Positions 40,001 to 50,728 of a stretch of DNA of 64,000 nucleotides are shown one piece after another. The notes beneath the pieces were generated by a model. The model was given only the letters and a program-made list of their open reading frames with translations, made no database searches and was not told the origin of the DNA. This DNA is from Basidiobolus meristosporus CBS 931.73 (taxonomy: Eukaryota; Fungi; Basidiobolomycota), in the NCBI GenBank assembly GCA_002104905.1, contig MCFE01000250.1:1-64000 (forward strand). The letters are read 5' to 3'. Each line of letters begins with the position of its first letter. Position 1 is the first letter of the stretch. The position numbers and the translations under genes were made by a program.

Positions 40001-41055
40001 TAGCTCAGGAAAACTACAAGAAATTTGCCAATCTAAAATGGCATCCCAGCCCTGATCTTAATGAGGAGATTTTGTATGGCTGCTCAGAAGAAACATCAGC
40101 ACCAACCGCCCTTGTGACAAATTGGATTTCAAGAAACTTGGTCCTTTCAAGATCAAGAAGAAGCTTAGCCCTATAGTATATCAGCTACAGTTACCAGCAA
40201 GTATGAAAATCCATGATACTCTCCATGTGTCCCTCCTGGAGCCGTATTGTAGGAACACCTTGCCAAACCGGCAAGAAGCAAAGCCCCAAGCTATCCAGGT
40301 TGACCAACATCAAGAATTTTAAGTTAAACAGATTCTAGACTCCAAGTATATCCGGTCAAAGCTGTACTACTTAATAGACTGGATTGGTTATGGCCCAAGT
40401 GACCAAACATGGGAACCAGCTACACATCTCACTAATAGTCAAGAACTAGTTACCCAGTTCCACCAACAATATCCTGCTAAACCTGCCCCAAAGGGAAACA
40501 GAGCTTTGCCTGGAAGAGGAGAATAGTGTCATGATCACATGACAACCATGAACACCCATGCCAAGTTTCAGCTTCCTAGCACAATTTCTAAGAGATTCCT
40601 TCTGGAACCTTCTACCACCTTCCAGAAAGTTCCTGACCATTCCAAACCATTGTTACCCAATGGAACATTCCATGGAAGCTTTCCATTGTATTTTTCATAG
40701 CCCAGTAGCATAAATGGAAATACCAGGTCACATGACTTAGTCACATGATCAGGTGACCCAATCCATTTCCCCATCCTGTTGCAGTGCTGTGTCATCTATG
40801 TCATTATCCCCAGCACCATTGCTGTGCCTCACCACACAACCCCATTAGTATTAGCTAATATCTCTTGGCATCAGTATAGCCAAAAAGTATATATAGTCCT
40901 ATCCCCCCTTAAGTATTCCTCAGTCTGATAAACACAGGTCTTGAATAAACAGCCTTGCCTTGAATATCTGCCTTGCCTTGTTGATCCACACCTAAGTCCT
41001 TTCCTGGTCCTGCCTTGCCTAGCTCTACTCTCCTGCCTTGTGTCTATTCATAACA

Positions 41056-42450
41056 GATGCATCAGAACAGCATGTATAAAGGAGAAAATGTAGCTCAATA
41101 CAAAGAGCACTCAGACAAAGTAGTGGTGAAAGACCCAGTAGTGACAAAGGAAAAGATAAAGGGGGAAAAGTCTACCCAGGCTTAGCAGATCAGTTGAGGA
41201 CATAATGACCACATGAAAATTGATCAGATGTGACAGCTAAAATATATTCAGAGGTGGGATAAAGTAAATCACAACTGGAATCAGTTATGTTTGAGTTGGG
41301 GAAAATCAGTTAGGGTACTAGCTTTTCTAACATAGTATCCTATGAAAAATCTCAAACTTGAAATTCATCTGATTTTCAGCTGGTACTCTGCTGGTATTCT
41401 GATGGTATTTTGCTGGTGTTCAGCTGGTGTTATGGGTCCAAAATTTCAAAAGCAACTTTTGATGGAAGTAATGGGCAGCTAATTGCCAAATTTGGTATGG
41501 ATGCTAGTTTGCCTAGTCTCCTCCTGGAGAACTTGTTTGCTTGCCTGAACATCAGCTCTAAACAGAGATATTGAGAGTAGTCAATTTTCACAACCTTGGA
41601 ACTGAGCTGATACTATGACGGTATTTTGCTGGCCTTTTCTCAATTTTTTTACTTAGGGAGTAAAATTGACCAGGTTTTTGAATATTGCTGCTCAAAATTG
41701 ATCCCACTGACAATAGTAACAATGTCAATAACTTATAAGACTATCACAATGCCTACAATGAAGTTTTGGAACATTAATAGGCATACCAAGAGGTTATAGC
41801 ACTTCATCAAGAGTGGCGCTCATAAAAATGCACTTGAATATTGCAAGGACTCATTGCAATGACTGGCAAATGAAGTGGAAAAAGGGCAAAACATTGGTAA
41901 TACTTATTTAATGGTGGATCTTAATGGAGTTGCTTGTTGAGTGTGGGGTCAGGCTTAGTGTTAGTGTGGGACATTGAGACTTGTATAGGTCAAAACATCT
42001 GGCAATTGTGCTACTACTGAAGCTTCAACAGAAATAAACCAATTTATGCACAAAAAGTAAGAGCATTAGTTGAGTCAGGAAGTAAGGAGTGTCAAAGAGA
42101 GCTAATAGTCAATCAATATACACATAGATAGGGAGTAATTGAGTGTCCAGGATCTGAAAGCGAGAGAATTAGCAGGGAACCAATAAACAACCACTTTTGT
42201 ATTGTAGTGATAGGAAATGCAGACTAAGTTTTTTGTGAAATCTGGGGTCCAACATTTTGATGATATTTACATGGTCCAGCAGGTGGATACAATTCAAATC
42301 AGTTGTCAAGACTCCACAATGAGCCTTTATTATGCTGGCAGCTTGAAATTATTGACCCTCTTCATGATCTTGTGATAGTATTGTGATGGTGATATGCTGA
42401 TTTTATTGCTAAATAGGTAAATAAGCTTGATGGTTTTTGGTGGCCCTCTA
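41056..42450 (+). pseudogene. CACTA ORF2 remnants and adjacent element sequence
   Basis: 41056-41190 matches 23372-23500; 41730-42260 matches 23770-24385; 42270-42370 matches 17510-17620. Confidence 0.75.
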
Positions 42451-42559
42451 ACAGGCCTTGTGTAGTACTCAAATGATCCTATTGCAGTCTACATATATTT
42501 TAGCAGACCCAACTTACCAATATATGCAAATGCTATATATGGAAAAAACCTGAAGGTGT

Positions 42560-43260
42560 TTTACCAGCTTTGATTTCTACAGTAGAATGAGTCCCCTAGC
42601 TGACTTGGAGCTCTGTGAATCCTTCATTTATGGGAAACATGCCAGACCATCAATCACAAGCTCTAGGTCAATCAAAACTAAAAAAATTTGTCAGGCTCAC
42701 CAATATTTGTGCAAACCTATGCACAATTTATCTGTAGGTTGAACAAGGTATTTAATCACATTTCTTGATGATTATACTAGATATGTGTGAGCCTAACTCA
42801 TAGTAAGTAGGTTGTAGCACTGTGTAAGTACAGGGAGCTGAAAGCTGTGATGGAAAGTGAGATTAGTGAAAATGTTGAGAAAATGTGTACCAGTAATGGT
42901 GGAGAATACTACTCTAAGTTCTTCATACACCTATGTAAGATACATGGGATAAAGCATAAGACTACTGTACAATACTTCTCACAGCTACATGAAGTGACAG
43001 AATGCTCAAACAGGTCCATATTTGATATGGCAATATCCATAATTCATCATCCAAAACTGCCCAATGGTATTTGGGTCAGATCAGGCAATTAAGCTGCATT
43101 TCTTTATAATAGAAGTTATAACAGAATACTTCATGATTTTACTCTGTTTGATGACCAAGCTTGGTGAATGTTTAGGTGTAAGTACAGGACTTATAACAAA
43201 ACTACATGATCCACGTGTTCTCTCAATCACCGCTAATGTTACAAGAACTCTAACAAGTTT
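42560..43260 (+). mobile_element. Copia-2 integrase fragment
   Basis: Homologous to 29600-30150 (FLDDYTR, NGGEYYSK, TECSNRSIFDMA). Confidence 0.8.
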
Positions 43261-44059
43261 CACTACTAGATAAATATATTCTTGAAGAGTATGGTTAATA
43301 TATGGTCAAATACTTGCCACTATGTATTCATTGATTAACTCAGAGTAATACCTAGTCTACACTGAGGGAGTTGAGAAGCTTCATTATCTCTGATCCCTCC
43401 AAATATTACCGTGCATATAATCAACCTTTTAGGTTACACTAGACCTGAAGACAAAGTCCACACATGTGAGAAATGCCAATCCTATCAACACGCTGACAAA
43501 AGTGCTCGAAGTGCATAAATTAAATAAGTCAACAATGCACTGTACAGTATGAATAAAAAAATCAAGTGCGCTAAGTTAATCAAATCTATTCACAACTTCC
43601 ACCTCAAGATCCATATATATCACCAATTACGGTAATGGAATATCCAGGATATTCAGTAAACTTCACACTAAAGACTGGCAATGTGATTGGCAGGACTCAT
43701 CAATGAGCAACAATATTACTATATGTCTATCCATCCCAGCACAGACACCACCTTTTACCTATTAATTTCGAACTTGACATTGGAAGTCAGCTCATCTCAC
43801 TGTCATTGGACAAGTAGTCATGACTCAACGAGCCCTTAAGACTGCCAAGTCTACGAATTATTCTGCATTTCATCACCACGTCTTGCATTGCCGATGATGC
43901 CACACAGTCCACCTTTACAGCATATTGATCTCCTAATCTGAGACAATGTTTAACGCCAAGGAATAAATTCATGCAAAGTGCAGAGGTCGAGCAACCTGAA
44001 TAAAAGCCCAGCTTGTCACCCAGGTACGAGCATCAATCTTGCACTGCACCGCATTCATC

Positions 44060-47037
44060 ATGACCATCTCCAACTCGAATGGCTCCTCCTTTTATGGTGC
44101 TAGAAGCGCTAGGAGAGCTACCGTGAAAGAATGTAAGAAGTATTCATTTACTCTCGACTGATCCATCAGTACTGACCACATCACACCAGTCAGCAAATCA
44201 GAAATAGCCAACCGAATTCAGAATAGCAACCTCGTCCGTCTAGTGGACGCATATCGCTCATTTGGCCACAAATGCGCCAGCATCGATCCACTGAATATGT
44301 GGCATCAGAGGTATGCTCACCATCCATGTGTGATGAACCCCAGTAGCTAACATCATGAACTTGCAGCCGCGACGCGTCCTTGGACCCATCAACCTATGGA
44401 CTAGATGACCCTCAAGCCGAATACCAACTTGAAGGTAAGATCAGCCACTACTGATCACTGACTGCAATACTCACCAGTGCATTAGGAATCGTGAGTATGA
44501 AGGGTCTGTCAAAAGCAACGCTTGCTCAGATCATCGAGCATCTCGAGAATGTTTACTGTGGCCACATGGCATTTGAGTTTATGCACATCACCGTAAGCCC
44601 TCTTGCTATGTGATGATTCAGCTTGACACCCACTAATGTTGATGTGCAGGATGACTCTTTGCGCAGGTGGTTTGCTAGCCAAGCGGAGACATGTATCGAC
44701 ACCAACTTCTCCAAGGAGGAAAAGTATAAGTTTCTTGAGTTGATGGCCAGGTCGGAGACCTTCGATCATTACATGATGCGTGAGTGTGGCCATCAGAAAC
44801 AGTTCAGCCTGGAAGGCTCTGAGAGTGCGCTTGTTGCGCTCCAACAGGTCCTGGAGCACTCCAGTAAGGCAGGAGTGCTGGAGGTGGTGATGTGCCTGAC
44901 TCACCGTTGTCGTATGCAGATCATGATGGAATTACTGGGAGTTCCCAAGGACTCGCTGTTCCGTAAGTTCCAAGGGCTCTCCGAGTTTCCCGACGAAATT
45001 CCTTCCCACATCATTGGCGACCTGGTGTATAACGCACAGGCGTCCGTAGACCTAAACCTTGGCGGCAAGCACCCACTGCATGTATCCGTAGTCCCCAATC
45101 CCTGTCATCTGGAACTCGTGAATCCAGTTGCCCTTGGCAAAGTCAGAGCCAAGCAGGAGGATTATTTGTCACTGGAGACGGATGACTACAAGGTAGAGGA
45201 CATGGTGATGAGTGTTCAAATGCACGGTGATGGGGGCTTCACTGGCCAAGGGGTAGTCACCGAGACATTTGGCTTGACCAATCTCCCTCACTTCACCACC
45301 GGAGGCACCGTCCACATTGTGCTCAACAACCAAGTCAGTGTCACCACCGACTCGGCCAACGGGCGCTCTACCACCTATTCCTCTGACATTGGCAAGATGG
45401 TGGAAATACCGGCCATTCATGTGAATGGTGATCATCCAGAAATGGCCGCCATTGCCGCCAGAATCGCCGTCAACTACCGCAAAACCTTTGGGAAGGACAT
45501 CATCATCGACATGATCACGTATCGTCGCCACGGCCACCACGAGGCAGAGGACCCCTTCTGCGCACAGCCGCTGATGTACAAGGAGATCCAGGCTCATGAC
45601 AGTGTCATCGACTTGTACACGCAGCACTTGGTCAGCGAGAAGGCCATTGATTCAGTCGATGTCAAGAACAACATCAAGGCAAGCCACGATGCTCACATCG
45701 CGAGCTGCTACCGAAATGCACCAAAATACCAGGTGCAGCCATCTCATTTGCTAGGAAAATGGCGATCGATGGTCATCCCACTGGAGAGCACTTGCAAAAT
45801 GGACACCGGAGTGGACCCAAGCATTCTGCGTAGCATCGGGATCCGGGCAGTCACCGTTGCAAAGGACATCGTGCTGAACGAGAAAATGCAAAAGCTGAAC
45901 ATCGACACAAGAATGGAGCAGATGAAAGAAGGAAAGAAGATCGGGTATGCCTCAGCGGAGGCCATGGCGATCGGATCTCTCCTACTTGAGGGTCACCATG
46001 CTCGCATTTGTGGCCAGGATGTGGCCCGCGGCGTATTCATACCCAGACACGCCATGATAAACTGCCAGCAAACCAACACCAAGTACACCCCCCTGAACAA
46101 CCTATCCTCGACCCAAGGGAAGCTTGAACTGGTGGATAGCCCGCTTGGTGAGCTAGCAGTGATGAGCTACGAGTACGGCATGTCCTTGGAGACTCCAAAC
46201 CGGCTGAACATGTGGGAAGCTCAGCTCGGCGACTTCTTCAACTCAGCACAGGAGGTGATCGACAGCTTCATCTCTGGAGGGGAAGAGAAATGGCTGCGTC
46301 AGTCGGGCCTAGTACTGGTGCTTCCTCATGGGTACGAAGGTGCAGGCCCTGAGCACACCTCATGCCGTATCGAGCGCTTTCTCCAGCTGTCCAGCGATCG
46401 GTTCAATGTCACCGATCCAAATGTCAGCAATAATGTCAACTGGCATGTGGTGAATTGCTCGACTCCTGCCCAATACTTCCATGTGCTACGCCGCCAGATG
46501 AAGCGAAACTATCGCAAGCCGCTGATTGTTGTTGGCCCCAAAAGGCTCACGCGCATTCCCAAGGCAGTCTCGGATCTGGATGACTTCGCACCGGGAACCT
46601 CATTCCAGCCAGTGATTTCTGATATGGAAGCCAACAAGCTATCAGTTCGACGAGTGATCTTCGTCTCTGGTAAGCTGTACTATGAGCTGCTGGAGGAACG
46701 GGCCAAGAAAGAAATGGTGGATCAAGTGGCGCTAATCAGGGTGGAGGAATACTCCCCGTTCCCCAAGGAAGACTTGGAAGCGGAGATATCCAAGTATCCA
46801 TCAGCATCCGAATTTGTGTGGTGCCAAGAGGAGACACAAAACGGCGGAGCGTGGTACTTCATGGAATCGAGGCTCAATCAGCTACTACCCAGCCAACACA
46901 AGCTCAAATACGTTGGGAGAGCCACTTGTGCTGCCCCAGCCAACGGTATTTACGTGAAGCACCTTGCCGAGCAGAAGCAGATCTATGAAGAGGCATTAAC
47001 CCTCTCATCGGCACAACATAGTCTCTTACCTCACTAA
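44060..47037 (+). CDS. DHTKD1: Divergent 2-oxoadipate/2-oxoglutarate dehydrogenase E1 (DHTKD1-type), copy A; 5 exons, 918 aa
   Basis: Exons 44060-44132, 44190-44310, 44367-44434, 44486-44592, 44650-47037 join in frame via GT-AG introns. Motifs LVRLVDAYRSFGH, YCGHMAFEFMHI, HGDG..NNQ, LPHFTTGG, GDFFN, GAGPEH, SCRIERFLQL are closer to DHTKD1 than OGDH/KGD1. The track start at 44623 is intronic. Confidence 0.93.
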
Positions 47038-48311
47038 GCCTGATTAGTGATTGCATACGTTAGTATACATACATGCATTTATTTATTGATTGATTTATCA
47101 GATCAGGATATGCAGTGGAGTATTATCATGGTTAGAAACAGAATATTCATAATGTAAAAATCCACGTACAATACAAGTAAAAAGAAGCATCTCAATCCGA
47201 GAAAAGACGAGTGTAGTATGTATACGAAAGTGACAGTGCTGACGTATTTGTAGTTATCACCCAGAAAGTTATTGCTTGTGTATGTTACTAAACTTCTGCC
47301 ATTTGGCTAGCCTACATCGTCAATAGTAGGTAGCTGGTGGCTCGCTGGGTCGCTGGCGAGGATCCGTCAGACGTGGTGCTGGAACCGGATCAATTGGGTG
47401 CGCCTTGTTCACGCCCTATCTGGTATGATCGGCGGTGTTAATGTTCTTGGCCGAGGTCTGGGCATCACTGGCCGCAAAGGCAGGCCACCTCGCCATATCT
47501 GTTGTCGTCTTCGCTTATACTGACCGAAGGTCAACGACACGTATTTCCAAAGGGTTGGAAATGATAATTATTTGAATTGTGGTCAGATTTATTTGGAAAT
47601 ATTTCGAGAAGCCCAAACACAAACTCTTGAACGTAAGCTTATTGTTCGCACTGCGATCTCTGGAGAGAGAGCTCTTTTGTCCTAAAGTCTAACTTGCATA
47701 ATCAAGATTATGCATAGTTTGGGCAATATACAAGGTGATAGTGTAACACCGCCAATCAACAATGGCTTCCATAATCATAAGTATCTACAGCAGGAATTCG
47801 AAGCATTTTTTCGATGATTGAGGCTGTGCGCATTGATCTAATCGCCTCATGCTATTTGCCACTATTTTCTTCGAACGCATGAAAGTACATAATAGAAATT
47901 TAGATTGTACTATCCGTCAGCATTACTGGCCATTGATTCTTTTTGTTACTAACCATGTTGTTATCATTGGCGTTTTCGGTTACTAACTATGCTATTACCG
48001 CATTATACTTGTTTTTACTTGCCATGGTATTAACGCAGGACTCAGGGCTTGGCTTACCAACACAAATCATCCAGAATGGGCCTATAACTATTATGCAATA
48101 GCCAAGAGTGGTTTTTGTATCCGACCAACCAATTTGCCTTGTTTTTTCGAAATTTCTTTGTCCCCATTCAACGTGAGTGATCTGAATGATACCATTTATA
48201 TCCATTGACCTTCTCCCATACTATTTGTAATGTTAGCCAAGCGAAGATTACTTCCCGAACACTCGACTTATAAAAGGGCACTCCCCCCCCCCTCATCCCT
48301 TTAGGACAAAC

Positions 48312-48896
48312 ATGGATACGAATACAACTGATCATTTCGACGCACTCTCCCCCGAACTGACCATGGCAATCTTCAGCTATTTGCTAGACCACGATCTGTG
48401 CAGGTGCTCTGTGGTCTCGCGGAAATGGAGGGCAATCAGCAACAACGAATCCCTATGGCGTAGCCTTTGCAAGGAATCCTGGGAAGGGAAGAAAGGGTGG
48501 TCAGGCCTTGCCAATCTATCGGTCGACCAAGTCGCCTCTGCTCTCGTCACCAAAAACGCTTTGTCTGCCGCCAAACTGCCACTCAATGACCACGTGAGCT
48601 GGAAGCTCTGGCTTCAACTCTCACACAAGGATAGTCAGAGGACTTGTATAACTGTGGATGAAATGTGTGGTGATTGGATTCTTCACATTGGGATCAATCA
48701 GAAATGTGACCCAATTCCCACACGATTCGAATCCGACTTCTCATTTTCATCCGAGAACACCGGTGTGTTGAAATGGGAAATAGTGGGCAATGCAATCAAG
48801 CTGCCAGACTTCCCTCCTCTGCAGGTAGCAAGAACCGCCGATTGGGGCTGGAGGCTTTATTGTCCATATTTCGCATTTTACGAAGCAGAGGTATAG
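48312..48896 (+). CDS. F-box protein, copy A (194 aa, intronless)
   Basis: N-terminal LSPELTMAIFSYL..LCRCSVVSRKW..LW F-box; C-terminal FPPLQVARTADWGW; TATAAAA at 48269-48275. Confidence 0.9.
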   Translation: MDTNTTDHFDALSPELTMAIFSYLLDHDLCRCSVVSRKWRAISNNESLWRSLCKESWEGKKGWSGLANLSVDQVASALVTKNALSAAKLPLNDHVSWKLWLQLSHKDSQRTCITVDEMCGDWILHIGINQKCDPIPTRFESDFSFSSENTGVLKWEIVGNAIKLPDFPPLQVARTADWGWRLYCPYFAFYEAEV

Positions 48897-50728
48897 AGTT
48901 TTGTATTCTACATATGTATTCTATATACAAAGAGAATTGTACATAATAAAACAATTAGACTGAAAATACTATTTACGTTGGCGTAAAAACAGAAAGTAAA
49001 TAGATCCACTGATGTACCTTCTCTACCCAAACCACTTGAATGCAGAAACGATCCAGCGCTTATTGTCAAATAGTAATCCTGGCCATACGGAATGATAAAT
49101 CAGTACAAGGCAAAGGGAAGCATTAAAGTGATTTACAATAGGTGAAATGGATTCACAAATGTTTGGAAATATATGTGGGAGCATAATGGTTGACATCAAA
49201 CAAAGCCAAGCAGTAAATTGAGTTGGGCATATTTGATGGGACCATATTTATAGTTACCAAGAACAGATTTTTGGTGAGTTTCCAGGACGGTAGATCGCCT
49301 CGCCATTTGTTCCCAAGCGCAGGAGTGCTGAACAGTTGTCGAAATGAAACAGAGAGTTTCAAACAAATCGGCCAAATTTGGAGACATAATACTTTTATAG
49401 ACAAGAGAGAGTACTTTCAGACCAAACTGCACCATGGGATTGATTCGATCATACTGGTACAGTTGATGTCGCTCATTTGATAGTTTTGCATGTTTCTTGA
49501 AAAAAGTGGATTCAGTTCATGATTGGTAACCTCAAGTAGCCTTCTTTTCTTCGCCTGGTGACCGGTGCGAACCACCTTTTACTGTTGAATACTATCAAGT
49601 GCGAATCAAACATTTCAGTACCTGCCAAAACCAGCAGCCGTACACGGAAATAAACTTCACTGCTTTGGTGACCCATGTCACCTCAATGATACCCATTTCG
49701 ACAATGGCTTCAAATTATACAGTCGAGTCATCCATGCCTAATATACATTTATGTCTGGTGAAATAGTGATAAATGCTTGTATGTATCCCCATGGATAGGA
49801 AACCATTGTTTTCATTTCAAAGTTGGGTCGCATTTGAGGGCTTGAGACGGAAGCATTTTAAGAAATACATAAAAAAATCCTCATTAGTGACTTAATATGG
49901 ATAAAGCAGCACCTGACTGAACTTGCAGAGTATATTTTATTGGGGATGCCAAAGAAATCTGGGTACGATATTTGGTGAATAAGATGTTGATTTATGTATA
50001 CGTGGTCATATACTGTCCCCCCCCCCGAGTGAGGGACGAGTATTCTATTCAATTGAACCCGTTTGGAATTGGTGATTCGATGTAGGTAAAATGTTGGAAA
50101 AACTACTTCTGGTATGGCCAAGGCAATCTGTGCCAATCTGGTGTGAGAAGAAAAGCATCACCATGGTAATGTATATTTCGATGATGGCGACATTGAAAAT
50201 AAACATAAAAAATTTGAAGATCGCTTTTCCATATAATAAATCTTTCATTTCTTAGTCTAATATCAAACGTTCCTTATCCATTCGTAGGCCCTAGTAGAAG
50301 ATCCAATAATATCATCAATTGTAGGAATACTACGCACTGATGTTTGAGCTGATCTCGCACTAAAGATCGATATTTTGATTTGTAGGGTTCATCAGATAGT
50401 AACCTGAATATATATATATTCAAGCTCTCAGCAGAACACAACTTAGAATTAACACTCCGCTTGGCTCACTGGCATAATTCAAGTGGCTGAAACTCTACCA
50501 ACCTATGTAAATGCCAAGTCTTCGATTTCTTCTGCATTTCATCACCACGTCTTGCATTGCCGATGATACCACACAGTCCGCCTTTCCAGCATATTGATCT
50601 CCTAATCTGAGACAATGTTTAACGCCAAGGAATAAATTCATGCAAAGTGCAGAGGTCGAGCAACCTGAATAAAAGCCCAGCTTGTCACCCAGGTACGAGC
50701 ATCAATCTTGCACTGCATCGCATTCATC

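Larger units (their letters stand above)
35140..41055 (+). mobile_element. Near-complete Ty3/gypsy chromovirus (529-bp LTRs, gag, -1 frameshifted pol with chromodomain)
   Basis: LTRs 35140-35668 and 40527-41055 (about 12 mismatches); gag from ATG 36075 with CLYCGQPGHVAKSC; pol ALIDSGAS, YLDDILI, VETDASD, SISMDFITDLP, SDRGPQF, GPF, LVDWIGYGPSDQTWEP; PPT 40512-40526. Inactivated by stops at 36552, about 36609 and 40320 and frameshifts near 39585 and 40065. Confidence 0.97.

Noticed and set aside
1-43400. Classical ascomycete RIP
   Set aside because: CA/TG are abundant, not depleted; observed changes reconstruct to CG in mixed contexts
44060-44132. Loss of mitochondrial targeting in the E1 paralogs
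   Set aside because: The N-terminus is short but Ser/Arg-rich with no acidic residue in 23 aa, so it may still be a presequence; an upstream exon (GTACGA at 44024) cannot be excluded
50405-50422. Perfect palindrome TGAATATATATATATTCA
   Set aside because: Essentially an (AT)n microsatellite
48903-50511. Short ORFs between the duplicated units
   Set aside because: AT-rich, no motifs, mostly non-ATG starts in the track
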